DNA from: Octopus vulgaris
Taxonomy: Eukaryota
Reading direction: 5' to 3'
DNA: 64,000 nucleotides
Assembly: GCA_951406725.2 (NCBI GenBank)
Contig: OX597826.1
Span: 63,178,001 to 63,242,000, forward strand
Part shown: in pieces, positions 1 to 11,749 of the stretch
How positions within the stretch are numbered: position 1 is the first letter of the stretch
Layout of the letters: every line of letters starts with the position of its first letter
Program-made: the position numbers and the translations under genes
Notes under the pieces: generated by a model
Told to the model about the DNA's origin: nothing
Seen by the model: only the letters and a program-made list of their open reading frames with translations
Databases searched by the model: none

Positions 1-720
1 CATTATATATAATGTTGTATTATTATATCATTTTATTATGTTATATAATATTATGATATATTGTGTTATATAATAATAATATATTATGTTATGTTATATT
101 ATATTATGTTATGTTATATTATGTTATATTATATTATGATATATTGTGTTATATAATAATAATATATTATATTATGTTATATTATATTATGTTATGTTAT
201 ATATATATATATATATAATATATTATGTTATATTATGTTATATTATATCATATTATGTTATATTATGTTATATTATATTATGTTATGTTATATTATGTTA
301 TATAATAATATATTATGTTATATTATGTTATATTATATCATATTATGTTATATTATGTTATATTATATTATATTATGTTATATTATATTATGCTATATTA
401 TATTATGTTATATTATATTATGTTATGTTATATTATGTTATATAATAATATATTATGTTATATTATGTTATATTATATCATATTATGTTATATTATATTA
501 TATTATATTATGTTATATTATATTATGTTATATTATGTTATATTATGTTATATAATAATATATTATGTTATATTATGTTATATTATATCATATTATGTTA
601 TATTATATTACATTATAGTGCATAATGCTATATCATATTATATATGTTATGTTATATTATATCATTTTATGTTATACTACATTATATTATATTATATCAT
701 ATTATATTATATTATCTATA
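1..720. repeat. AT-rich pentamer satellite (TATTA/TGTTA)n with higher-order units
   Basis: Continuous tattatgtta/tattatatta units; block tataataata-tattatgtta-tattatgtta-tattatatca recurs (301, 441, 551). Confidence 0.95.
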
Positions 721-1034
721 CATCGTATGCGAACCCCTAAACTCTTAGATCAGACAGTTATTCGCCACGATGTGATACTTCCAAACTGCCAAACTATTTT
801 TCTTTCTGTCTCGCGTTCTCTTCCTTTTCTTTTCTTTTTCCTTCCCTCCTTTTTCTTTTTCTTTTTTTCTTTCGTTTTCTTCTTTGTTTATACAATTGAT
901 CAAAGAATACCTCGAAGCACAGAACAATGCTGTGGAAGGAACACATGTAAGATTCTCAGAGCTGCGGGTCTACAAACCATTTTGCAACATTCATGGCTTC
1001 TCTGTAGCACTGGACAATCCAAAATTCAGTGCTG

Positions 1035-1143
1035 GCACCACGACCACCACCACCACCACCACCTCCGCCACCAATGTTTACAAACAGCATTGCGTCCATC
1101 AGCATTATTTTACCATCATCATCATCATCATCTTCATCATCAA

Positions 1144-1182
<39 letters not shown>

Positions 1183-1659
1183 TTCCACCAATGTGAGGAT
1201 TCCTCGCGTAATTATCCTCAGTTCAAAGCGATGCCAATTAGAAACGCTGCCTAAGACGAATACACACACACACACACACACAAACACACATACAAACCAA
1301 AAAGCAAATTTAAAAAGGAAAAAAAAAAAAAATGATAACAATCAAAGCAAAAAAACAACAAAAAAAAACTTCTCAGCTTAAACCCTATCAGTGTTTATAT
1401 TGATGTTGCTGTCGTTGTTGTTGTTGCTATTGATGGTGGTGGTGGTGCGGCAGAAGTGGTGGTGGTGGTGACGGCGGCGGCGGCGGCGACGATGCTGCTG
1501 CTGCTTATGATGATGATGATGACGGTGTATACGATGATAACGATGATGATGATGATGATGACGACGACAACGACAAGGATTATGATGGTGACGGCGACGA
1601 CGACGACGACGATGATGACGATGATGATGATGATGATGATGATGATGAGGATGATGATG

Positions 1660-1708
<49 letters not shown>

Positions 1709-1749
1709 GGATGATGATGAGGATGATGATGATGAGGAGGAGGATGATG

Positions 1750-1781
<32 letters not shown>

Positions 1782-1815
1782 GAGGAGGAGGAGGAGGAGG
1801 AGGAGGAGGATAATG
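1035..1815. repeat. Trinucleotide microsatellite cluster (CAC, CAT, GAT, GAC, GAG)
   Basis: Direct reading; source of the poly-H/I/M/S ORFs. Confidence 0.95.
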
Positions 1816-2128
1816 TTGATGATAATGCAGTATTTTTTAACTTCAAGCTAATTGTAATTACAACAAATTTCATATCTGTCTTTGAAAATTCTATAAATAT
1901 CATCTTTTTTTCTGGTTTTATTTATTTATTTATTTACATATTTATTTTTATTTATTTGCTTATAAAAGTATTGGGCAGGTGGGTGGGTGGGTGGTCCAGA
2001 AATTATACTCGATCCCTCTTTATTACCCTAGTTACAACGTTGTAATAATCAAGGTATTTATATAACGATTGTACGACCACATGTCTTTTAAAATGCAACT
2101 ACAACACAGCCACACACACCCACTCACA

Positions 2129-2204
<76 letters not shown>

Positions 2205-2276
2205 CATATATCCATACATATAAACATATATATACATATATACATACATATATATATACATATGCTTTCAAAATGT

Positions 2277-2473
2277 GACCTCGTGTGTACCGTTGGCGAT
2301 TTTTTTTTCCTCTGTCTTCTCTTCTCTGGATCTTTCCTTCTCCTATGTTTCCGACGAAGAGCTCCGCTCGAAACGTTAAACCCTCCTTCTTTCCTGAGCG
2401 TCCAATAATACTATACTTGTTCCACGTCCTCGCGTTGTTGTGTTTTTTTGTGCTTTCTTGTTTGGATTAACTT
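2277..2473 (+). mobile_element. Penelope-like pseudo-LTR fragment with minimal hammerhead ribozyme (2347-2381)
   Basis: GTTT-CCGACGA-A-GAGC-tcc-GCTC-GAAA-CG-TT-AAAC fits stem I/core/stem II/GAAA/palindromic stem III/UH/stem I'; flanked by TA-rich microsatellites. Confidence 0.7.
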
Positions 2474-2918
2474 TATATATGTATGTATATATGTGTGTGT
2501 GCGCGCGCGTGTGTGTGTGTGTACGTACGTACATATAGATTTTAGTTTGGTTCGTAAGAATAAAGAACAGCAGGATTACCCTGCATCTAAACATGTATGA
2601 CCAGATCTGGTTATGACTTCTTGAATAAGACGCACAAGTGCCCATGTAAGCAAGTCTCCCCTCTCCAGGCCACAGATGTCTATCCATGAGAAAGGCTGCC
2701 GACTTGGGCCGATAGATATCGGCACCAGTAATATCGCAGACGTTGTTATCAGAACGCGAAGAATAGAAATTGATACCGCAAGATATGTTACCTCTCCCTC
2801 TAGATAGTTCTGTCAATCATTTTCCCTGCTTTAATATTGTTTTATCGAACCCAAAAGGAAAGAAAGCAAGGTTGACCTCGACAGAATTTTAGCTCAAAGT
2901 ATTGAGAATTGAAACAAA

Positions 2919-3472
2919 TGTATGTATGTATGTACGTACGTCTGCATGCATGCATGTATGTATGTATGTATGTATGTATGTATGTATGTATGTATGTATG
3001 TATGTATGTATGCATGTATGTACGTACGTTTGCATGCATGTATGTATGTATGTATGTATGTATGTATGTATGTATGCATCTATGTATGTATGCATGTCTG
3101 TATGCATGTATGTATGTATGTATGTATGTATGTATGTATGTATGTATGCATGTATGTATGTATGTATGTATGTATGTATGTATGTATGTATGTATACATC
3201 TATGTATGTATGCATGTCTGTATGCATGTATGTATGTATGTATGCATCTATGTATGTATGTCTGTATGCATGTATGTATGTATGTATGTATGTATGCATG
3301 TATGTATGTATGTATGTATGTATGTATGTATGTATGTATGTATGTATGTATGTATGTATGTATGTATGTATGTATGTATGTATGTATGTATGTATGTATG
3401 CATCTTTGTATGTATGCATGTATGTATGTATGTATGTATGTATGCATGTCTGTATGCATGTATGTATGTATG

Positions 3473-3506
<34 letters not shown>

Positions 3507-3578
3507 TGTATATATGTATGTATGTATGCATGCATGTCTGTATGCATGTATGTACGTATGTATGTATGTATGTATGTA
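2919..3578. repeat. (TATG)n microsatellite, ~660 bp
   Basis: Direct reading; source of MYVC/HTYI ORFs. Confidence 0.98.
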
Positions 3579-3579
3579 T

Positions 3580-3790
3580 CTTTGAGTTTATCCCACCCAC
3601 TGCCACTTGACAACTGGTGTCGGTTTATTTACATCGTTGTAACATAGCGGTTCAGCAAAGGAAACTGATTGAATAAGTACCAGGCTTTAAAAAAAAAGAG
3701 GAATTAAAACTGGAGTCGATTTGCTCGACTAAACCCTTAAGCGATTCCCCCAGCATGGCCGCAGTCTTATGATAAAGACAAGTAAAAGAT
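3580..3790 (+). mobile_element. SINE family A, diverged 3' half
   Basis: cttgacaactgg...aataagtaccagg...ccccagcatggccgcagtc...acaagtaaaagat matches 3' half of the copy at 20626. Confidence 0.8.
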
Positions 3791-3962
3791 ATAAACAAAA
3801 AAAAAATAAACACTGATCTTATTAGTTCATAGATGTGTGATACTTGTGCGGGAATAAACGGAATGTTTTTAGTGCAAAGCTACAACGATAGGCAAAAACT
3901 CTAACGCTGGAGGCATTTTAAACACAGACGATTTTGTTCTAACCGCAAAATGGAAAATACGT

Positions 3963-4303
3963 GGTGACCCCCTTCGGTCAGACACTGACCATGGGTTTGC
4001 ACCTAGAGAGTTACCCTCTTAGGCACAAGTCTGGGCAAGGTTGTTTTATGGAAGACCAGCAGTCGCCCATGCATACCGGCCTCCCCTCTCCACGTCACCG
4101 ATGTTGTCCAAGGGAAAGGCAAAGGGGCCGATACAGCTTGGCACCTGTGACGTCGCAACTCATTTCTACAGCTGAGTGAACTGGAGCAACGTGAAATAAA
4201 GTGTCTTGCTCAAGAACACAACACACAGCCCGGTCCGGGATTCGAGCTCACAACCTCACGATCGTAAGCTCGACGCTCTAACCACTGAGCCACGCGCCTT
4301 CAC
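3963..4303 (-). mobile_element. tRNA-derived SINE family D (CORE-like body)
   Basis: Minus strand: A box TGGCTCAGTGG, B box GAGCTCGAATCC, body GTGTTCTTGAGCAAGACACTTTATTTCAC...CTCAGCTGTAGAAATGAG. Confidence 0.85.
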
Positions 4304-4614
4304 ACACGTAAATACGTAAACATCGCTATTATGCAAATGTGTCATAAGTTCAAAACGTTGCTTTTTCAGAAAACAAAAAAATTATTACACCATTCCATTC
4401 CTTTTTGCCTTCGTAATAGTATCAGCTTAACAATAATACTTTGTTGAGTGCATGATATCATTACTCCTTGCATGTGTGATATCTTCTGTTAGAAATGATT
4501 TTGCAAAAACCGTCGTATGTGGGACTTGCTACACTTTTGAAAAATGTTAAACCGTTGTATTACATTTGGCAATTTTAATCTGAAGTAGCTGGAGATAATA
4601 TGCTATATATAAAT

Positions 4615-4738
4615 GTGGAGGCGCAATAGCCCAGTGGTTAGGGCAGCGGACTCGCGGTCATAGGATCGCGGTTTCGATTCCCAGACCGGGCGTTGTGAGT
4701 GTTTATTGAGCGAAAACACCGGCAGGGATGGTGGTGAT
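4615..4738 (+). mobile_element. tRNA-derived SINE family C, truncated
   Basis: GGAGGCGCAATAGCCCAGTGGTTAGGGCAGCGGACTCGCGG...GTTTCGATTCC; same head as 33141 and 63361. Confidence 0.85.
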
Positions 4739-5537
4739 ACGATAGTTTGAGCAAAAGAACCGGCTATTGCAAGCAAAGTTAAATATTCATTTCTTCTCTA
4801 GGCACAAGGCCCAGGGAAATTTAAATATTGAAAAAACGCATTTGGCCAAATTTGGACATACGACATTTTAACATTATAACAATGCTATATATTTGCTATT
4901 TTTACGAGTAGATTCCCATTATCAAGAGTTATTTCCCTTAGATCAGTGTTAACCTTCAATGCGGTGAATGCTGGGAATGTTTTAAAAATTGAAATCAGAT
5001 GAAAAAATATTAGTCATAAACTATAGATGCGGTCGATAATTACGAGACGTAAATCCAGATGATTTTATAGTAAACTTCCCCGATCGAACGTTGACATCAT
5101 TGAAATTGTGAAATAGTAAAGAAAGAATCACTAAGTAAAATTCAATTCCTCGAAAGATATAATACGTATAGTCACCATTCGCATAATATGCTATATATAT
5201 AAATACATTGACATTCTTAACAATGATTTCGCGTAAAGGGAAACGTATTCATTTTTTTTTTAAATCACTGGAAAGTTATTTCAAGGGAAATAACTTCTGC
5301 AGAACTTAATCTCTTTTCTAAATATTTGGGAGTAGTCTCCCTTGTAACATATTCTGTTATAAATTATAGTTAGTCAGGTTGGTTTTACTCCAGTATTGTT
5401 TCAACTATTAATACTGCTTTCAAGTTCATCCCATCTAGTAGCAACTCTGGGGGCGCTGTATTCTCACATTAAATAGGAATGCTTTCTGACTAAGGTATAT
5501 GTGTTAGTAAATTTGAAGCAGCTTCTTATATGTTTTA

Positions 5538-5985
5538 ACTTTTATCTTTTATCTGATACAGTCATTGGACTGCGACCACGACGGAGTACCGTCTTGAATG
5601 ATTTTAGTCGAACGAATTCACCCCCAGTTTTTTTTTTTAAAAAACCTTGTAGTTATTATATCGGTCTCTTTGGTTGAACTGTTAAGTTACGGGACGTAAA
5701 TAAACCAACAATGGTTGTCAAGCAGTGGTGAGCAAAGAAATACAGACACAGAGACGAACACACTCACACACACGCATGCATGTATGTATGCATGTTTTTA
5801 TGCATGCATGTATGTATGTATGCATATACGACGAGCTTCTTTCAGTTTCTGTCAAACATATCCGCTCGTGAGACTGTGAGCGATCCGGAAATATAGTAGA
5901 AGACTCTTCCCCAAGGTTACAAATAGTGAGATTGAATCCGAAACCATGTGATTGAGAAGCAAACTCCTTACCACACGGCCACACC
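5538..5985 (-). mobile_element. SINE family A, diverged full length
   Basis: Reverse complement of family A head, internal microsatellite and tail. Confidence 0.85.
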
Positions 5986-6076
5986 GATGGCGATCAAAAA
6001 TTCATCAGCTTCCCTTATAAATTAACACTGGCGAGAGAACGAAATACTTTAATGTAATTTAATCTATCCCCCTCTC

Positions 6077-6107
<31 letters not shown>

Positions 6108-6289
6108 CTCTCTCTCTTTCTCTTAGTCTCCTTCTTTCTCTCTATCTATCTACCTATCTATCTTTCGTACTTTCTTTCCTTTTCTCTGCGTTCGAAGATT
6201 AACTTTATCCTACCTTTACTTTGCATCTTCTCTCACCGGGAGTATAATCATCAGTTATGTACTGGAGTCGATTCCAACAGTTGTTATAT

Positions 6290-6700
6290 GCACAGGAGTG
6301 GTTGTGTGGTAAATAGCTTGCTTACCAACCACATGGTCTCGGGTTCAGTCCCACTGCGTGGCACCTTGAGCAAGTGTCTTCTACTATAGCCTCGGGCCGA
6401 CCAAAGCCTTGTGTGTAGATTTGGGAGACGGACACTGAAAGAAGCCCGTCATATATATGTATATATATCTATGCATGTGTGTGTATATGTTTATGTATCT
6501 GTGTTTGCCACCCCACCCCCCAACATCGCTTGACAACCGATGGTGGTGTGTTTACATCCCCGTAACTTAGCGATTCCGCAAAAGAGACCGACAAAATAAG
6601 TACTAAGCTTCCAAAGAATAAGTCCTGGAGTCGATTTGCTCGACTAAAGGCGGTGCTCCACCATGATCGCAGTCAAATGACTGAAAGATGTAAAAGAGTA
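6290..6700 (+). mobile_element. SINE family A, full length
   Basis: GCACAGGAGTGGTTGTGTGG...GGTTCAGTCCCACTGCGTGGCACCTTGAGCAAGTG...CAGTCAAATGACTGAAA...AAAAGAGTA. Confidence 0.92.
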
Positions 6701-6751
6701 TCCAATAAAAGAAGACAATATCTTTTATATTTTCTTTTATGTTTTCCTATG

Positions 6752-6950
6752 TCTTTTACTTATTCTAGCCGTTGGTCGGCAGTCATGCTGGGTTACCGCC
6801 TTCGAGGCTTTCGTCGAACAAATCTACACTAATTATCATTGTTTAACTCTGGTACATATTTTATTACATCAGTTTTGCTGAACGGCTATGTTACGGAAAT
6901 GTAAACAAGCTAACACCTTTTGTCAAGCGGTGACTGGATGACAAACATGC
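6752..6950 (-). mobile_element. SINE family A, old 3' half
   Basis: Degenerate match to tail (gtcatgctggg..accgcc; tgtcaagcggtg). Confidence 0.6.
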
Positions 6951-7383
6951 ACACACACACACACACGCACACACACTGATGCATCAAATGTTGCTGATTA
7001 TGATCGGTCAGAAAGTGGCCATTGGTTTCTCACCAATAAGGTTCTTAGAGGTATAGGTGACACGTCAGACTCGGTGGCCGGAGGCACACAACCTCTCTAC
7101 AACTGGAGGCAGGAAAGAATCTTTGTCAAATGATATAAAATCTATTGGTGTGGAAAGAAAGTCTAAAGCACCATACATCGTGTCTTGCGTTATTTTGTTT
7201 CGCTCCTGTACACTATGAGTTCAAATGCGATCAGATCCATTATGTACTGAGCTCAAAACTTACTAATTCTTATAGACATGCGCTAAATTATATTCAATGC
7301 TCAATAGCACATTACTGAGATGTATGGAAATTAATTGTTCTTTTGTACGCATGTACATATATCTTCATCTAGATATAGATATA

Positions 7384-7600
7384 CAAGGAGTACTCAAAGT
7401 GTCCCTGACTTTGAGTAAAAGAAAATACAGGGGCATCAGTTAATTATGATTTTATTCAACGTATTGCCCTCTCAGATTCACATACTTACCGCAGCGGTCC
7501 TTCGGTTTTTCTAAGCCCTGTAAAAAAACTCGGAAGGTTGGGCCTCCAACAAGGCCTTTCAAGATACCCTTAATACCAGGAACTTTTCAGCACCCCCTCG
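7384..7600. mobile_element. Tc1/mariner-type MITE
   Basis: Imperfect TIRs CAAGGAGTACTCAAAGTGTCCCTGA / CCAGGAACTTTTCAGCACCCCCTCG, TA on both flanks. Confidence 0.7.
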
Positions 7601-7614
7601 TATCCATCCATACT

Positions 7615-7870
7615 TATATCTCCGCCCACTATTTCTGGGATGATCGTGTTGTTAGTGTCCTCCACAGGGTCCTTTTAGTCATTTGACTTTCCCGCCAGAT
7701 TCCCAAGCGTAACCATCTGAGACGATGAATATTATTCAACCATCTTGTACTTGATCTACTTCAGGTCCGCTCCCCGTAGGCTCAGCTCTAAGAATTCATG
7801 TTTCCTGCGACATTCTAATCACATGTCTGTACTAACGGTACTGTGATCCCTCAATGAGGAGACGTAATGG
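7615..7870 (-). mobile_element. Possible degraded RTE LINE 3' fragment
   Basis: Minus-strand translation remnants resembling RWYGHVxRM and RGRP..W motifs. Confidence 0.4.
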
Positions 7871-8384
7871 CTCATCTTGAAGCTATATTTAGATGTATCT
7901 GTATCTATGTGTATCTATGTATATATGTAGTATGATAGAGAGACAGATTGTGATGCCAATGGCGGATTATGAGCCAGAGAATTAGCAGAGCTGTAGAGAT
8001 TTAGAATGGCACGCGAAACTTGTTCTGATTTCAAACCCCATTCCCCATCTGAGATAAACTTTTTATCCTTTCGAGGTCGATAAAAATACAACAATCGAGG
8101 GCGGTAGCTTGGCAGAATTGTTAAAGGGCCGCAAGAGATGCTTCGTAATATCTATTCCGGCTGTCAAAAGATAGATAGATATGTAACATGTCTTTCGCCG
8201 GCTCGTTTCTTTGACCAAACTGCAGGCCCGAGCCAAGCGGTTGGGTATTTGGCATTTGAATTTTGCAAGGTTTTCACTGCACCCTACTATTTAGTCAATG
8301 CAGATGGCAGAGTAGTAACATTCCCATTATAGAGAGTGTTAGTGGAGGGTATGAGAAACGAAACTCTACGAGTGATTTCTTTTT

Positions 8385-8560
8385 CTTTTTTTTTACTTTC
8401 AGTCATCAAACTCCGGTAATGCTGGAGCAACATTTTGAGGGGTTGAGTCGAACAAATTGAACCCAGTACTTATTTTTCTTAAGTTCTAACGATATATTTC
8501 GCTGGATGTAAACAGTTATCAAGCAGTGGTGGGAACAAACACAGACACTAAGACACGCAC
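8385..8560 (-). mobile_element. SINE family A, 3' fragment
   Basis: tttcagtcat...atgctggagca...cccagtacttat...tcaagcagtggtgggaacaaacacagacac. Confidence 0.65.
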
Positions 8561-8650
8561 ATGTAGATATGAATGTAAGATATATATATATATATATACC
8601 TTACATTCATATCTACGTGAGCGTGTCTTTGTATCTGTGTTTGTTCCCAC
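8529..8650. repeat. Inverted repeat, 51-bp arms, (TA)n loop
   Basis: 8529-8579 vs 8600-8650 reverse complement with 4 mismatches. Confidence 0.9.
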
Positions 8651-8689
8651 TACGTAGATAAGAATGTTAGATATACATATATATATATA

Positions 8690-10160
8690 AACTTAGATAT
8701 GTTTTGACCAATGATTGGTCCAGGCCATGTCTAACTTAATAGCACCACCTGATAGGATTATTTGAATCCTGTTTAAGTCAAGTTTTGTTTATGGTCCATT
8801 CAAGTACTGAGTTTTTGTTGGGTGAGTTGTATCCAATTATGGGTGGCTTATCTGGTATTCCTTGAAGGAATCTATCCAGACTCCGTTTAAAGTTGATGGG
8901 ATCCTGTTCCTCTTTGATCTCTTTCGGGACAATGTTAAATAGGGCAGGGCCTGTTGAGGAAAAGAAATTATGTTGTAGTGTACATGTATGCTGTGATCTT
9001 GAATTGGGCAGGGGACGTATGGCCCGTGGTCCCAGTCTTGGATGAACCTTGAAGCTAATGTTCAGGTCGTTTGGGCAAAGTTGGTGGTATATTCTCCACA
9101 TCGTACAAATGATGTACCGCTCACGGCGACGCTGGAGAGAGTAGAGTTTCAAGGCTTTAAGGCGATCCCAATAATCGAGAGCAGCCATGCCTTCAATTCG
9201 TTTAGTGAGTGCCCTCTGGGGTGATTCAATCCTCAAGATGTTTTGTCTTGTATGGGGAGACCACAGTGGGCAGCAGTATTCGAGGTGTAGCCGTACAAAG
9301 GAGAAGAAAAGTGGTATGATGACACCTTGTTCTCTGGACCGGAAAGTTCTTAAGATCCAGGAACTCATCCTACGAGCTATATCAACCTTCTTGTTGATGT
9401 GTGCACTCCAACTGAGATCGTCATCAACAATTACACCCAGGTCTCTGATATTGTTAGAGGCTGTGAGTGGTTCCCCTGAAGGAAGAGAGTATGGCTGTTT
9501 TAGTGAGGAATTTCTTCCAAAATGCATCAGCTCAAATTTTCCCTCGTTCAGTTGCATTTTGTTTCTGTCTGCCCATTGACTCACAGCATATAGATCAGAC
9601 TGAAGTTGAGTTCGGTCTGCTACTTCATTCACGATTTGCTGGAGCTTAGTGTCATCAGCAAATATTTTCACTTTGCAGTAATGTACGACACTGGAAGGGT
9701 CGTTTATGTAGATTATGAAGAGCAGCGGACCCAAGACAGTCCCCTGGGGGACACCGCTGGTGACTTTTGCTGGGCTTGAGTGGACTCCATCAACTACAAC
9801 ATGTTGTGTTCTATTCGCCAGGAAATACTTGATCCAGTGTAGAACTTTTCCGCGGATTCCAACGTTTGCCAATTTTGAGAGTAGGATATTATGGTCTACT
9901 CTGTCGAACGCTTTACTGAAGTCAAGATATATGACATTAGAGTTCGAACCTGTTCCCAAGGCTTTGAGTACATCTTCAATGTGGTGTAAGAGCTGTGTTA
10001 GACAGTCCCTGCCACAGCGAAAGCCATACTGATTTGCATTTAGGAGTTTGTGGGTCTCCAGGAAGTCAGCTATCCTTGATCTTAACACTCTTTCAAACAC
10101 TTTGATGATGTGGGAGGTGAGTGAAATTGGGCGATAGTTGAGTGCGAGGGATCTGTTTCT
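8690..10160 (-). mobile_element. 5'-truncated CR1/L2-group LINE; open RT reading frame 10160-8778 plus 3' UTR
   Basis: NYRPISLTS, YLDFSKAFD, GVPQGTVLGPLLF, FADDTK, RDLGV, LQRRRERY motifs; ~460 codons without stop; (TA)n at both ends. Confidence 0.95.
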
Positions 10161-10249
<89 letters not shown>

Positions 10250-10250
10250 A

Positions 10251-10282
<32 letters not shown>

Positions 10283-10554
10283 CATTGTTGTTTGTTCCTT
10301 CTCGAGCCGGTTTCCCGGTTTCCTTGGCGTATAGGTTCCCCACCTGGACGGGACGCCGGTCCACCGCAGGTGAGCAGCAAGAGTGAGAGAAAGTTGCGGC
10401 GAAAGGGTCAGCAGAAGTTCGCCATTACCTTCTGCTGGAGCCGCGAGGAGCTTAGGTGTTTCGCTCATAAACTCATACATCGCCCAGTCTGAGATTCGAA
10501 CTCGCGATCCCTCGACTGCGAGTCCGCTGCTCTAACCACTAGGCCATGTGCCTC

Positions 10555-10557
<3 letters not shown>
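10283..10557 (-). mobile_element. SINE family C, tail type 2
   Basis: Head GGAGGCACATGGCCTAGTGG...GAGTTCGAATC; tail shared with 53815 and 63040 copies. Confidence 0.9.
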
Positions 10558-10623
<66 letters not shown>

Positions 10624-10656
10624 TATGTATATATGTATGTGTATATATATATATAT

Positions 10657-10775
10657 ATCACCGTGATCACCGTGACCGACCAGGCTATCAGATGTTGTTA
10701 CACATCGCTGGTCACAATGCGCTTCGCATTGTTTTAGCCTTAAAATGACGCCACCCTGCTGGCTAAGCGAGCAGG

Positions 10776-10779
<4 letters not shown>
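10657..10779. repeat. Interspersed repeat fragment (second partial copy at ~11605-11660)
   Basis: Shared CACATCGCTGGTCACAATGCGCTTCG..TTGTTTTAG core; both between (TA)n arrays. Confidence 0.65.
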
Positions 10780-10865
<86 letters not shown>

Positions 10866-10874
10866 CATATATAC

Positions 10875-10960
10875 ATATCATCCTTCTCTTTCCTCTGCTT
10901 CTTTTCCCTTCAATCTTTCTGGTTATGGCCAAATTCTCCAACCCTTCTTGCCCTCTTTCC
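10875..10960 (-). mobile_element. RTE LINE 3' coding fragment
   Basis: [19 protein letters not shown]; homologous to 11895-11975. Confidence 0.65.
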
Positions 10961-11234
10961 TCATCACAAGAATTTTTACTGTTATTTCCAGGACGTAGAC
11001 ATACTTAGTATGATCTTTGATTAATTTTAATCCTTCAGCTATTTAATGCTTTTTGGGGCCTGCAATCGCGTATCTTATTGATTCTGTTATCGTTTTAAGA
11101 TAGTCATACTAGATAATAACAGAATTAATAATATCTTAGCAAATTAATTTTTCGGGAATTATTTTTCCCGTGAATTGTTTGCCCTTGTATCGATATATAC
11201 ATATACATATATGTATACACACATATGTTTATAC

Positions 11235-11279
<45 letters not shown>

Positions 11280-11440
11280 AAAGAATGGAGCTGAACGAAG
11301 ATTTAACAAAATTCCTTTATTTTATTTTCGACATATGTTTCGAAGTCTGCAAAATCTGTTGTGAGTTTGCTACCCAGGTATCGGTTATCTTTCGAATTAT
11401 CCGTAATAAGATAATTCATTTATCTACTTAAATATATATG

Positions 11441-11552
<112 letters not shown>

Positions 11553-11559
11553 GTGTGCA

Positions 11560-11600
<41 letters not shown>

Positions 11601-11670
11601 CAGTGTCAACCAGACCATTGGATACATCGCTGGTTACAATGCGCTTCGGGTTGTTTTAGATCTCAAATAA

Positions 11671-11748
<78 letters not shown>

Positions 11749-11749
11749 C

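Noticed and set aside
146-740. YYVIL-repeat ORFs
   Set aside because: Translations of an AT-rich pentamer satellite.
884-1050. Possible small plus-strand exon (pyrimidine tract, GTAAGA near 948)
   Set aside because: No recognisable protein and no partner exons; the ORFs run into microsatellites.
2842-3647. 200-250 aa MYVC/HTYI ORFs
   Set aside because: (TATG)n has no stops in most frames.
4615-4690. tRNA genes at SINE heads (also 33141, 51877, 58187, 63361)
   Set aside because: A/B boxes present but cloverleaf broken and followed by SINE bodies.
10161-10364. N-terminal ~68 aa of the 528-aa RT ORF
   Set aside because: Made of SINE C tail plus microsatellite; fortuitous in-frame extension of a 5'-truncated LINE.
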